Source of the DNA: an uncultured virus (IMG/VR IMGVR_UViG_3300009425_000016)
Lineage: Duplodnaviria; Heunggongvirae; Uroviricota; Caudoviricetes
Direction: 5' to 3' (one strand)
DNA length: 64,000 nucleotides
IMG/VR virus record: IMGVR_UViG_3300009425_000016
Span: 1-64,000 of that record
In this document: positions 38,138 to 49,089 of the stretch, piece by piece
Layout of the letters: each line of letters opens with the position of its first letter
Position numbering within the stretch: position 1 is the stretch's first letter
The notes under the pieces: generated by a model
What the model saw: only the letters and a program-made list of their open reading frames with translations
What the model was told of the DNA's origin: nothing
Databases searched by the model: none
Program-made: the position numbers and the translations under genes

Positions 38138-38656
38138 TTATTCCTTCGTTTTATTTTTAGTAATCCAATTGTCGATGGATGTCCAATCGACCCAATCTTC
38201 TAATTGATTTAATGCTTTAAAGGTCATATTTTGTAATCCTCCAAAATTAGGAGAAAATAGATCATTGTCTATCATATCACCCGCATCCATTTTTGTAATA
38301 TCTAATTCTATAATACTATCATTTAATATATTTATGTCATTTAATGATTCTTCGTGCTTACTCTGATCAACTGCCCAAGTATTTGTAGCTGGGTCATGTG
38401 TTCCATATTTACTTAATATTTCTGCTCTATTATTTAAATAAATTTGATGATGTTGTTTAATTGCTCTTGCGCATATAAACAATTTCCAAAAAATTGCAGT
38501 TTTTTCTACATCTCGTTGTAAATATGCACTTGTGTGAAAATCTTTTGTCCATAATTCATTTATAAAAATGACATATTCTTCATCAGTAAAATATGCATAT
38601 CTAATTTTCACATTTTTATCATTATTTACAACTTCTTCTTTTTTTTTATTACTCAA
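38138..38656 (-). CDS. Hypothetical protein (possible fibre assembly chaperone)
   Basis: Lies between two fibre-like genes; globular composition. Confidence 0.6.
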   Translation of the reverse strand: MSNKKKEEVVNNDKNVKIRYAYFTDEEYVIFINELWTKDFHTSAYLQRDVEKTAIFWKLFICARAIKQHHQIYLNNRAEILSKYGTHDPATNTWAVDQSKHEESLNDINILNDSIIELDITKMDAGDMIDNDLFSPNFGGLQNMTFKALNQLEDWVDWTSIDNWITKNKTKE

Positions 38657-41084
38657 TTTCTTCCATTAATATTTTATATTTTTTACCTGTCAAATTATTT
38701 GTTAATGACAAGTAATCGCTTTCCTCGACGACTTTCCAATCGCCACGTTCATTTTTCAAATTTAAGTCAGAAGTATATATGTTAGCCCATCTTAAAGCAG
38801 CACTTCCCATATCTCTCGTTCCATTAGCATCAGGTAAAACATCTGAAGCGAAATAACCTCCAGACATATCAATATTCGAGTTAAATGTCGCTAATCCTGT
38901 AAAAGAAGATGTAGTTCCCACCAAAAGATTATCTTCAATTTCTATTGCTCCACAATGGAAATTTTCATAATCCGCTATTGTTACATTTCCTGCTGCTGAT
39001 CCATCATCTCCTACACGACATGTTGAAAATTCATCTAAACTTTCATCCCAAATAAATGCCGTATTTCCAAGATCATTAGTTCCTCTAATGAATACAAATC
39101 CGGTATCATAAGCATTATTTGTTGGTACTGTTGAAAAATTATTAAGAACTATAAACGGATCTGTTATAGTCATAGTATCAGATTTAACTTCAGTAGTTGT
39201 TCCTGTAATATGTAAATTACCAATAAGAGTTGTGTCTTGACCTGACGGAGTTATTGTTAATTTTCCATCCGCAGCAACATCAAAAGTAGTATTTGCTGCA
39301 AAACTATGTTCTAATTTTAATTGAGTCGTCTCAAGTCCTCTAACGTGAAGTGTAGATTCAGGAACTTTAACACCAACGCCAATTCTATCATTATACGTAT
39401 CAACAGCAAATGTCGCGTTAGCATGTGATGAGACATCAACACCAATATAAGTATTAGCATAAACAGAAGACCATCCAGCTGTATTTGCCCATCTACTTTT
39501 AGTGTAAACATCAGTATTTTCAAAAGATGTCCACGCCAAAGATTCAACTATATTACCCACTGATTGTGCTGGAATAGTAACAGTAGTTCCGTTGGTCGAT
39601 GTCACCAAACTTTGATCAATTTTTACTCCCTCACTAAACATCTCTATTAATTGAGGGGTATAACCGCCGTTAATTGTAAAAACTGTCTGACTAGCGGTTG
39701 CTACAAATCTCTCTCTTGTCATTGCCGCTTTATGTAGATCTGATGCAGCCATTGACATAACATCTATTATATCGTCTACTCCAACGGTAAAGTTAAGAAA
39801 AGTTATAGCACTTCCTAATGTATCAGTACTATAATCAGCAGTATCTAATTTAATACCGTTCACGAATACTTGTACATAAGACGGATTATATAGTGCACTA
39901 ACTGAAGTAGTTGAGTCTGCGGGATTTGCAATTCTTGTATTATATACTGCTGTAGAGGGGGCGAGAGTATACCACGCTGCAGCGGTATTTGAATAATATT
40001 CCATCTGCCCCTTTGCACCATCCATCTCTTTATTAAATCTAAGCATGCCATCTTCAAGATCAGTTGACGGTCTCTGTGCTGTAGATCCTGATGGAACAGT
40101 AATAGAAGTCTCACCATCTCTTCCTAAAATATTATGACAAAATACGTTGTTAGCCCATACTGATTGTACTCTCTGGTCTGTTTTTCCTATATGAAGTTCA
40201 TTTCCGCTACCGGACCAACTACTTGGTAAAAAATATCCATCATCAGCATCAGCTCCAATATACCATCTCTCTGTTCCTTCAGTATAAAATTTAATTTGAT
40301 CTTCATCACCGCCATGAGTAGTTTCGACGGTTATTTTTGTGTCTTGGTCTGAATCAATAGTTCCACCCAATGACATAAAAGTATTAGAAACATGATCATA
40401 ACCCTCATATCTGTCTAATGTTGTATTATATCTAATTACTCCGCGTAAAGAATGATCTGCATTTGTGGTACTAGATAGATCTGTAATTTCTGGTCTATCT
40501 GAAGTTTCACCAGAAGGTATTTTTAAATGTGAAGTTGTGTTTGCTCCAACCGTGTCCCATACATAAAGGTTTTTCCATCTTTCTGAATTATTACCTAAAC
40601 TAATTGCAGTATTTGTTAAACCAACTTGAGGTAATGGTGTAAGATCTGCAGCAATGTCTGCTAGTATTGTTACAGTATCTACGTCTGGATCATCACCTAA
40701 TTGAATATTTCCTTCTGCTTTAACTACTCCTGCTACGTAAACTGATCCACCGACATTTAAACTTTTTTGAACTGAAACACCACCTTTAAATATAGCAGAG
40801 CCTGTGGACATACTTGCTGTAAAATCATCACTTGTGCCGTCTGTCACATCTCGTAAACTATTGGAGGTTATTCCACCTTCTCCTGTTGTATTAAATTCTA
40901 TTGATCCATTTGCTATTAAATCACCAATTCTTATTCCACCATTTCCATCATCATCTCTTCTTACTACTGTATTTGCGATACCTGCGTCTGTTCCAGCATT
41001 AACGTCGGCAATGACCAAGTTGGTCTGATTACGCCACGTTTCAAAGGTATCAGTTAAAGCTACGTTTGCGAATGAAGTTGCCAT
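38649..41084 (-). CDS. Tail fibre protein
   Basis: N-terminal TDTFETWR..TN; two PSG...RP...G..R(Y/F)N repeats; VFVNGIKL modules; C-terminal WANIYTSDL.L.NE.G.W...E....N..TGKKYK seen in marine T4-like fibres. Confidence 0.8.
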   Translation of the reverse strand: MATSFANVALTDTFETWRNQTNLVIADVNAGTDAGIANTVVRRDDDGNGGIRIGDLIANGSIEFNTTGEGGITSNSLRDVTDGTSDDFTASMSTGSAIFKGGVSVQKSLNVGGSVYVAGVVKAEGNIQLGDDPDVDTVTILADIAADLTPLPQVGLTNTAISLGNNSERWKNLYVWDTVGANTTSHLKIPSGETSDRPEITDLSSTTNADHSLRGVIRYNTTLDRYEGYDHVSNTFMSLGGTIDSDQDTKITVETTHGGDEDQIKFYTEGTERWYIGADADDGYFLPSSWSGSGNELHIGKTDQRVQSVWANNVFCHNILGRDGETSITVPSGSTAQRPSTDLEDGMLRFNKEMDGAKGQMEYYSNTAAAWYTLAPSTAVYNTRIANPADSTTSVSALYNPSYVQVFVNGIKLDTADYSTDTLGSAITFLNFTVGVDDIIDVMSMAASDLHKAAMTRERFVATASQTVFTINGGYTPQLIEMFSEGVKIDQSLVTSTNGTTVTIPAQSVGNIVESLAWTSFENTDVYTKSRWANTAGWSSVYANTYIGVDVSSHANATFAVDTYNDRIGVGVKVPESTLHVRGLETTQLKLEHSFAANTTFDVAADGKLTITPSGQDTTLIGNLHITGTTTEVKSDTMTITDPFIVLNNFSTVPTNNAYDTGFVFIRGTNDLGNTAFIWDESLDEFSTCRVGDDGSAAGNVTIADYENFHCGAIEIEDNLLVGTTSSFTGLATFNSNIDMSGGYFASDVLPDANGTRDMGSAALRWANIYTSDLNLKNERGDWKVVEESDYLSLTNNLTGKKYKILMEEIE

Positions 41085-41094
41085 GTGTTAATCC

Positions 41095-41298
41095 CTAATA
41101 GTTAATAAATTTTTTAATTTCTAATATTTCCGCTTTTATTTCAGAAATTTCCGTCTTTAGTGTATTTATCTCCGCTTGTCTACTGTCAGCTTGCCTTTTT
41201 ACTAATCTATGGGCAGTTAATGCATCTATATCATTTCTTAATATTGCATTGCTTTCAGTATCTTTCAGAAATCCTGGAGCGTCTGTTAAAATTTTCAT
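41095..41298 (-). CDS. Small coiled-coil hypothetical protein
   Basis: KDTESNAIL...EINTLKTEISEIK; ATGA-coupled to the 2003-aa gene. Confidence 0.7.
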   Translation of the reverse strand: MKILTDAPGFLKDTESNAILRNDIDALTAHRLVKRQADSRQAEINTLKTEISEIKAEILEIKKFINY

Positions 41299-44200
41299 GA
41301 ATCTAATGCTACAGCTCTTAAATCCTTAATTTTTGGTGGATCTATATTACTTGAAGATGTTAAAACAACTTTTATTGCAAAATATTTAAAATCTTTAAAA
41401 GTTGTAGATCCAACAGTATATGCAGCAGAATCATCTGCTGTTTTATAATTATATGTTAAGAAATCTGACTCATTTGCAGAATATACACTTGAATCGGTTT
41501 CTTGTGTCATTTTATTCCAATACTTATCATCAAATGATTCAGAATCAGTTGAACTAAGTGCTTTATAATAAATATTAATATTTGAGGTACTAGGTTTATA
41601 TGCTCTTATATATACTCTAACATCTTCAGCATCAAACCCGTCTTGTAATGTTACTCTTCTTGTTATATACCTCGCTATTCCATTTCCACCTTCTCTGTCC
41701 GTTTCTGCTGAAATTGTTACAGATCCAGTTGTACCACCAGACAAAGTAGCGGTAATATTATCAAAATATCCACTTCCCTCCGCTGAAGCATATGCATCTG
41801 TAATTATTCCTGTACCATCTGTGACTAATGTAACTCCCGCTCCCGTTCCTGTTGTTCCAGAAAGTGTGATATTACTAGTACCGTTTGCATATCCTGTTCC
41901 TCCCGCAACTACAGCCACATTATTATTACTAATTCCACCATTGTTAATATTATTTTCAACAGTTATTAAATTTAATCTGGATATATCTATAACTGGTGAA
42001 ACATCTGAATTTGTTGTGGACATTTTCACTTGTATTTTCATATCTGGATCAGTACCACCATCATATTTACCTGTTCTAATAGTTTTTCTACTATCATGCT
42101 TAATATTTTTATTTGATGTAAATTTAGTAAAAGAATTATCTCTAACAGCAATATGAGGATATGCTGCATTTTCAGTAGTTGTTTGATAAAAATAATCTAT
42201 TACTGAATCTGAAAATTTTAATTCTGATGTACTTAATTTCATCAAATCATATGCCGTATTAGCTGTTCCATTTGAAAGAGGATGTGGAATTACATCAAAT
42301 TGACACAAATTAGAATTAAAAGATGTTAATTGAAAAGAACATTTTTGTGTTTTAAACATCAAGCTTCTATTAGTAACCGGAGTCCATTTACTAGAATTAT
42401 TTGTAACAAAAAAGTCTCCAACTTCAGGGCCTTTTCCTGCTTTTGTATTTGTAGTATCACTGTTAGTTACTATATTTCCTTCAACAGAACTATAAACTTT
42501 ATATTTTGGACTATTTGTCATTAAAACAATAGCGAATTCGCCAGGTGGTAAATATACTGGTGATGGAAATTTAAATGTCGTTCCACTTGATGATTTTGTT
42601 GTATCAGGAGAAGAAGAATCAACAGTTATTTCATCAGGAACAAGAACTTTTTCACCAAATGGTAGGACTTGAGCAACGCTTGGTGTCCCATCTGTCATTG
42701 GTCTTACTTGTACTGTTACAGGCAAATAAGTATCCTTTTGTGAAAAATAGAATGTAACAGTTCTTAAAAACACTCCATTTGGATATCTAGACTCATCTAT
42801 CACTATAGACTGTGCCATCGGATTCACAAAATTCGAAGAAGAACTTTTATCAGAAACAGCTGATTTTGTCACAACAGCGGATCTAATATCTTGTCTTCTC
42901 ACTAAAGAAGATCTTGTTGAAATTATACTTCCATCTGATACAGATTCCATACCTTTTATATGAAATGTTTTTTCAGCTACAGAATTAGTTTTAGATAATG
43001 TATTGTCAGCTTGATCAGTAAGTCTTACTAATCTTTCTCCCATTCTAAATTGTCCAGCTGTAAATTCAAAATTTCCAACTACAGTACCATTTATATCAGA
43101 TTTAAGATTATTAACATATGCTGTTGGTACGGCTGATAAAGTCGCATTTGCTGTTACTGTTCCACTCGCAGAAACATAATCTGCTTCTACAATTGTTGAT
43201 GTACCTGTCGTAGTCCAATCACCAATTGTATTCGCAAGCATTAATGTAGTATTTCCCGTATAATCTGTATGAACCAATGTTCCAGAAATTGAACTATTCG
43301 CACTTACTGTTACATATTCTCCCTCATTCGCTATAAATTCTGAGTTTCCTCCGTCAGTAATGGATAATGTCACTCCAGTATTAGCCTGCCCTGTTAAATT
43401 TACACCATCTACATATAAGTAATGATCAGTACTTGGTTTTAATCCTTGTGCTTTAAATATAACAGTTTGTTTTCTATTCCATGAAACAATAGTATCATTA
43501 ACTTGTTTATTGTTTACTGTTTTCTTAACTGATTCTGGTTGATCTTTTGATAAAATCCCATCTCTTGTATTTTGTTGATCTATAGTCTTGGCTGATCTAT
43601 CTACTTTAGTAGAAGATGTTGATTTTTTATTCGCTTTTGAAACATCATCATTATTAATCTCTACACCACTCCAATTTTTTGACCAATTGTCCCATTGTGT
43701 ACCAAATCCATAATTATATTTACCAGATTCCCAATTATCACTACCTCCAGTTAAATTTATTAATACCTCTGGGCGCCTTCCATCATAAAACCATGTATCA
43801 CTAGGATTTGACATAGTTAAAATTCCATTAAACATACCAGAACCAAATGGATTTACTTCTTCAGTCGTTGTTGTAGCGGGTTGATCAACGAATCCCGTGT
43901 CTGTATAAGCAACAGAAACCAAATCTCCTGTTTTCATTATATTCGCACTATTAACATCAAGTTTAAATTTAAAATTATCAGATTCAAATGTCGGTCTTAA
44001 AAGTGTTTGATCAAAATCTATCGCTATTCTATAATCATCATCTAAAACATCACCAATTGCATGTCCCGCAAATTGGTCTACAAGTATACCATTCTTAAAT
44101 CTCTCCACTCCACCATCTGTAAATATCGCTTGTTCCTTTGCATCTTTTTCCAAAAATGAGAGAGATGTAAAATATTCAAGTTGTTCAACTCTTTTTTCTA

Positions 44201-47200
44201 TTTTACCAATATCCCTCATAGTAAATCTTTTATTTTCAATATATTGTAAATTTACATCAGTAACCTCAAATGTATATTCAGGAATATCTGCGATATAAAT
44301 TGTCATAGAATCTTCATCATCTGCCGGAACAATAGGATCAACTGAAGGATTTCCTTCAATTACACCAAATTCCCTATCTTTTGTTACAACAATTTTATCT
44401 TTTCTTGGTAAATAAAATTGTACATCTGTCGTTAAAACAACATCTGAATCTGGTAATCTTGGTAGAACTACAGATTGATTAATTGTCGCAGAATCTAAAG
44501 CAAATGACGCAGATTCATCACCATTTGTTCTCTTTGGTCTAAAATCTAAACAATCTCTTAAACTTACTGTTTTTCCAGTTATAGGACTTGTGTATGATGG
44601 GATATCAGAAAATTCTATGCCCGCAGTTGCTCCAAGATAAGTATCTACAGTAAATGGGCCGTCTGCAGCCTGATGTACAAAATAATCAAATACCGCCACT
44701 ATTGGAACTGCTGGGGCGGATTGACCTGGTTTCAATTTAACAAATCCAAAATCATATAAATTATCTCTCTGACCAGTTTCAAAATTATATTTGTCTGTTA
44801 TATTATTAGTATCACCAGCACTTGCACATGCTGTTGTAAACAATTCAGTAGTAAGGCTTGCAATATCAGTGTCTGGAGATTTAACAATTGCTTTCAAAGA
44901 TTTTACATCTGATGTTCTTAAACTAATCGTCGTATTAGCATAATCCGCGGCAGTAGTTGCTTTATATTGTCCTAATCCTCTTAAAGTTGTATTAGTATCA
45001 CCACTAGTAAAGGATGTTGTATTTGAATTAACAATAGTTTTAGTTCTAAAGGTAGAAGCGAGAGGGGATAATGAAATAGCCGCAGTTATTGTGGCAGTGA
45101 AATTATCATTATTTCCCACACCTGTATCTAAAGCCATTGAAGTACCAGCTGCGTCAACTGAAGAGGTGGCACCAGCACCAAAATTAATAATGTCTCCAAT
45201 GTTACGCGGACACAATGCACCAATACTCCCTGTAATAGTACACACAACATGATTAAGTAAATCTGCAGATCCTAAAGAAGCACCCTTACCCGGCAAAAAC
45301 ACTCCGCCAGTTTGAGTAATAGATGCAAGACCATTATTAAAAGTTACACTAAAAAATTGCTGTTTTACTGTGTAATCAAATTTAGAAGAGACAAGAGGAT
45401 TTAGGGTTTTTACTACTGCTTGTGGTAATTCATATATTAAAGAACTTCTATCAGTATCAAATATTTTAGTAAGACTATTTGGATCTAATTGATCAACTTT
45501 ACCAAATTGTGAAATGTCTGCATACTTTTCAATATTTCCAGAACCATCTGATTCTATAACACTTTCTAAATATTTTGCGGTAAAATCAATTTCACACGTA
45601 TCACTAACTCCAATATCTGCTAAAAATGCATTTGCTAAAGTAATAGTATTTCCTTGATGATCTGTGATGAGTCTTGATACTCCATCATTATAACCACTTG
45701 TCATTTTAATTGAAGCACCAGCATATGCTAAAGAAACATTAGTAGATTTTGTAGAATTTAAAACAAGTGTTGTTCCTCCTGCAGCAATACCCGTATGAAC
45801 ATTAGATGTTATACTTGACATTTTGGTATCATACAAATATAAATCATAAGTACCATTTGTTGCCCCAGGAGTACCAGAAAAATAATCTAATTGTCTAGGT
45901 CTAGCAGTTCCTATCTTTGATGTATTATATGTTGCTGCGGAAGTAGTATTGATATTTACTGTTCTTACACAATGTAAATCTATTGGTGCTTGTGTAGCGA
46001 CATTAAATGAACCATTCGCACTATCAATTCTTAAATTGTTTCCAAAATTTGTATTCATAACAAATTCTATCGCATTGTTAGTGTCTCTACCCTTTCTTAT
46101 ATCAGCATATTCTACGGCAACACTTTCATAATCATATCCTCTTACATAAGCTTTACCTGGTTCTAGTCCAACAGACAATTTATCTAAATTATGAATATAT
46201 TGTGTTTGTCCTGATCCAATAGCAGAAGCAACAGTCATATTCTCATCATCTGCGATTGCCGTAACTGTAGTTGTAGCAGAATTAAAAGATCCATTTGTTA
46301 AATAAACAGAATCACCAATTCTAAAATCTTTTAAAAATTTAGATTCAAGTCCAACTATTGATGCTGTTGTACTAGCTAATGTCCATCCACTCGCATTTTT
46401 ATGAGTATTTAAATTAGCCAAAAATGGTTTAACAGTATAGTTTCCTGATTCATCATAAGTTCTTCTTGCTAAAGTATCATCTAATGCAGAATATACTGGA
46501 TATTTTACAATTTTTGTTGGAAGGCCGCTAACAACTCTTAATAATTCTATAAAATTTTGTTCTGAAATAGTAGTGAGTGACTTTTTACCCAATATTAAAG
46601 CTATTTTATATCTATCTGCTCCAGGTGCATTAACGTTAAAAGATCCTGAAGCATTATCCAATAATGAAGAATCTGCGACATTATTTGTAATACTTTCTGT
46701 TATCGTTAATCCAACTTTATATGATGGTGTCGTTGCAAATTTTTCTAGAACAATGGTTTGAGCATCAACTGTAACAAAAAATCCGTTTATATAATAAATT
46801 CCAGCAGAAATACTTGCAATAGAACCATCTCCTGTAATGGTTCCGGCATCTGCGGTTTGTGCACTTATACCAGTACTGCCTGCAACATGTATCGTTGCTG
46901 ATGTTGTAGTAATCGTATCAGAACCAGAATATACTCCTATTAAAACGGGAGCATCGCTACCTTCAGCCTCTACAGTAGTAATTACATCAAAGGTAATTGT
47001 GTCCGCACCACTAAGTTGAATTTTTTGATTTGCGAAAGTTGATGCAGTTTCAGTTGATGCTAATCTAATATAACTAACGTTAGTATTTAAATTAATCTGT
47101 CCACCTGTAACAATACTACCATCCTTATAAAAGGAATCGCCCAATCTAGATATTTGATTTTGTAAAATTGTCTGAAGTTGTGTTAACTCTCTAACCTGAA

Positions 47201-47306
47201 GAGAAACTCCAGGTTGAAATAACATTCTAAGAAATTTCTTAGTTTCATCATAATCATCAAAATAAGGACTTTGCTGTAAAGATGAAAGTAAACTTAATGT
47301 AGCCAT
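41295..47306 (-). CDS. Large virion structural protein (DUF4815/VrlC-like)
   Basis: SPYFDDYD..K.F.R.LF.PG..LQ.RELTQLQTILQNQ, NAPGADRYKI, LARRTYDESGNY, RFKNGILVD.F, C-terminal FAIKVVL...PKIKDLRAVAL. Confidence 0.85.
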   Translation of the reverse strand: MATLSLLSSLQQSPYFDDYDETKKFLRMLFQPGVSLQVRELTQLQTILQNQISRLGDSFYKDGSIVTGGQINLNTNVSYIRLASTETASTFANQKIQLSGADTITFDVITTVEAEGSDAPVLIGVYSGSDTITTTSATIHVAGSTGISAQTADAGTITGDGSIASISAGIYYINGFFVTVDAQTIVLEKFATTPSYKVGLTITESITNNVADSSLLDNASGSFNVNAPGADRYKIALILGKKSLTTISEQNFIELLRVVSGLPTKIVKYPVYSALDDTLARRTYDESGNYTVKPFLANLNTHKNASGWTLASTTASIVGLESKFLKDFRIGDSVYLTNGSFNSATTTVTAIADDENMTVASAIGSGQTQYIHNLDKLSVGLEPGKAYVRGYDYESVAVEYADIRKGRDTNNAIEFVMNTNFGNNLRIDSANGSFNVATQAPIDLHCVRTVNINTTSAATYNTSKIGTARPRQLDYFSGTPGATNGTYDLYLYDTKMSSITSNVHTGIAAGGTTLVLNSTKSTNVSLAYAGASIKMTSGYNDGVSRLITDHQGNTITLANAFLADIGVSDTCEIDFTAKYLESVIESDGSGNIEKYADISQFGKVDQLDPNSLTKIFDTDRSSLIYELPQAVVKTLNPLVSSKFDYTVKQQFFSVTFNNGLASITQTGGVFLPGKGASLGSADLLNHVVCTITGSIGALCPRNIGDIINFGAGATSSVDAAGTSMALDTGVGNNDNFTATITAAISLSPLASTFRTKTIVNSNTTSFTSGDTNTTLRGLGQYKATTAADYANTTISLRTSDVKSLKAIVKSPDTDIASLTTELFTTACASAGDTNNITDKYNFETGQRDNLYDFGFVKLKPGQSAPAVPIVAVFDYFVHQAADGPFTVDTYLGATAGIEFSDIPSYTSPITGKTVSLRDCLDFRPKRTNGDESASFALDSATINQSVVLPRLPDSDVVLTTDVQFYLPRKDKIVVTKDREFGVIEGNPSVDPIVPADDEDSMTIYIADIPEYTFEVTDVNLQYIENKRFTMRDIGKIEKRVEQLEYFTSLSFLEKDAKEQAIFTDGGVERFKNGILVDQFAGHAIGDVLDDDYRIAIDFDQTLLRPTFESDNFKFKLDVNSANIMKTGDLVSVAYTDTGFVDQPATTTTEEVNPFGSGMFNGILTMSNPSDTWFYDGRRPEVLINLTGGSDNWESGKYNYGFGTQWDNWSKNWSGVEINNDDVSKANKKSTSSTKVDRSAKTIDQQNTRDGILSKDQPESVKKTVNNKQVNDTIVSWNRKQTVIFKAQGLKPSTDHYLYVDGVNLTGQANTGVTLSITDGGNSEFIANEGEYVTVSANSSISGTLVHTDYTGNTTLMLANTIGDWTTTGTSTIVEADYVSASGTVTANATLSAVPTAYVNNLKSDINGTVVGNFEFTAGQFRMGERLVRLTDQADNTLSKTNSVAEKTFHIKGMESVSDGSIISTRSSLVRRQDIRSAVVTKSAVSDKSSSSNFVNPMAQSIVIDESRYPNGVFLRTVTFYFSQKDTYLPVTVQVRPMTDGTPSVAQVLPFGEKVLVPDEITVDSSSPDTTKSSSGTTFKFPSPVYLPPGEFAIVLMTNSPKYKVYSSVEGNIVTNSDTTNTKAGKGPEVGDFFVTNNSSKWTPVTNRSLMFKTQKCSFQLTSFNSNLCQFDVIPHPLSNGTANTAYDLMKLSTSELKFSDSVIDYFYQTTTENAAYPHIAVRDNSFTKFTSNKNIKHDSRKTIRTGKYDGGTDPDMKIQVKMSTTNSDVSPVIDISRLNLITVENNINNGGISNNNVAVVAGGTGYANGTSNITLSGTTGTGAGVTLVTDGTGIITDAYASAEGSGYFDNITATLSGGTTGSVTISAETDREGGNGIARYITRRVTLQDGFDAEDVRVYIRAYKPSTSNINIYYKALSSTDSESFDDKYWNKMTQETDSSVYSANESDFLTYNYKTADDSAAYTVGSTTFKDFKYFAIKVVLTSSSNIDPPKIKDLRAVALDS

Positions 47307-47309
47307 GAA

Positions 47310-49058
47310 TTAAAACTCTATTATTAATTTGATATCTTCGGTTTGATCTGAGGCTCTTACAACAGGAGACCTATTTTCCACATACAAAAGTGTTCCAGAA
47401 TATGGTTTAAATTCTCCAGCAGTTAAAGAGGTGACGGTAGCCGTACTTCCATCACATGTAACAGTTTCAGCGTCCTGGAATCCTCCCGGCTTGCCAACAA
47501 TATCAGGACCTTGATTAGGATTTGTCAAATTTGAACCAGTACCTGCCGCAGTTCCTAGTAATCTATTTGCATTTGTTGGACCCAAAGACATTGATACTAA
47601 TCTCAAATCTTTTACGCCTGATGATATATCTAATTCATCAACAATTCTTCCTATTGCGCCTGACGTATTTCCTAGAACATATCCATCATCAATAAAATTT
47701 GAACCATTTATTGAAGAAACCCGCATTGTTACAGCCTGAGTCCCTGCCTGTGCCGTAAATCTATGTGTTGTATTAGCTGAAACAGGATTTTTTATTAATC
47801 CAACTTTTCTAAAATCATTAGTTACTGGAAATTTACCACTCTCACTTTGTTCTATTCTTTGATTAATCATGATAAAATTTCCCCCCAATTCTTCAACAAT
47901 ATCATATGCATGACCACCTAACGGGCCAATTCTTGGTACAACCACGCCACCGGAACCAGTTGCTCCTGTACCAGATTGTATTACTTTAACTTCTGCAGTG
48001 TTATAACCAGTACCTACTTCTCCCGCAAAAACCGCACCAAGTGTACCAGAAGTTCCCCCCTCTACACATCGAGCTGTTGCTCCTGTACCATCACCATAAA
48101 CGGCGAGTCGAGGTTGAACTGTAAATGATCCTGTTGCAACTCCCGCTAATGCAGTAGTTAAGGTAAATTGCCCTTTGGAGTTTCCTTCATCATATACATA
48201 AGTATCTATTATTCGAATATCATTATTAATATAAACTGCTGAACCATCATAAATTCCATCTGTAGAATTAATACCCGCTGTCGCAGTTTCAAAGAAAGTC
48301 GTAGTTGTAGAACCTACAGTTGCTCCGGTAAAAAATAAATAATTTGATCCTGCGTCTGTAATATTATAAACATCTACCGCACCTTTTACAGAATTCACCT
48401 CAATATCATATTGATTAGATCCATCATCCAAAGGCATTCCCGTAGATCCCGTTAATCCTATAGAATTAGCATTTCTTAATGTCTTACAAGGAATATAATT
48501 TGGTGTCACAAATTTTAATGCTTCAGCTGCAGTAATTGTATACAAAAACTTCCATTTATAATTATCCAATCCATATTTGTCTTCAATCGCGCTGGCCTCT
48601 GTACTAACAGAAGTTGGTACCGAAGTTGATGTTGAATTATTAGCATTATCCATACATTTGTATACATTAAAATCCGTAGTCATAACATGTATTGGGTTTG
48701 CAGTATTAGAATATAATGTATCTACATCTTCCTTATACATCGCATATACTGATCCTGAAGTCCAGTTATTTCTTGGTATTACATGTGAAGTATATGATTG
48801 TGTAACTTTTTTCGCGGCAATCATGGAGTCCCAAGAATCATGAGTATTTTCAAATACACTATCTCTTGGTGTGGGTGGAGCGTTATCATCAGACCATGCC
48901 GTTGTATTACCAATATACAAATAAATATGATCATCCAATGTCGTTGAATCTTCAGAACCTGAAACGTCCGATCCGCTCCAATCTATAGTTTCACCCAAAC
49001 CTTCTCTAAATTGTTTAGCTTGATGAGTTCTAAATTTTCTTGTTACTAAAGCTGGCAT
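47310..49058 (-). CDS. gp8: Baseplate wedge protein (T4 gp8-like)
   Basis: YLYIG...W....PP.P, VIPRNNW..G..Y, VYKCMDN, YKWKFLYT, DFRKVGLIKNP, YVENR.P..R..DQTEDIKLIIEF. Confidence 0.88.
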   Translation of the reverse strand: MPALVTRKFRTHQAKQFREGLGETIDWSGSDVSGSEDSTTLDDHIYLYIGNTTAWSDDNAPPTPRDSVFENTHDSWDSMIAAKKVTQSYTSHVIPRNNWTSGSVYAMYKEDVDTLYSNTANPIHVMTTDFNVYKCMDNANNSTSTSVPTSVSTEASAIEDKYGLDNYKWKFLYTITAAEALKFVTPNYIPCKTLRNANSIGLTGSTGMPLDDGSNQYDIEVNSVKGAVDVYNITDAGSNYLFFTGATVGSTTTTFFETATAGINSTDGIYDGSAVYINNDIRIIDTYVYDEGNSKGQFTLTTALAGVATGSFTVQPRLAVYGDGTGATARCVEGGTSGTLGAVFAGEVGTGYNTAEVKVIQSGTGATGSGGVVVPRIGPLGGHAYDIVEELGGNFIMINQRIEQSESGKFPVTNDFRKVGLIKNPVSANTTHRFTAQAGTQAVTMRVSSINGSNFIDDGYVLGNTSGAIGRIVDELDISSGVKDLRLVSMSLGPTNANRLLGTAAGTGSNLTNPNQGPDIVGKPGGFQDAETVTCDGSTATVTSLTAGEFKPYSGTLLYVENRSPVVRASDQTEDIKLIIEF

Positions 49059-49089
49059 TTTTAATTCCTTTATTATAGTCTATGTTTAT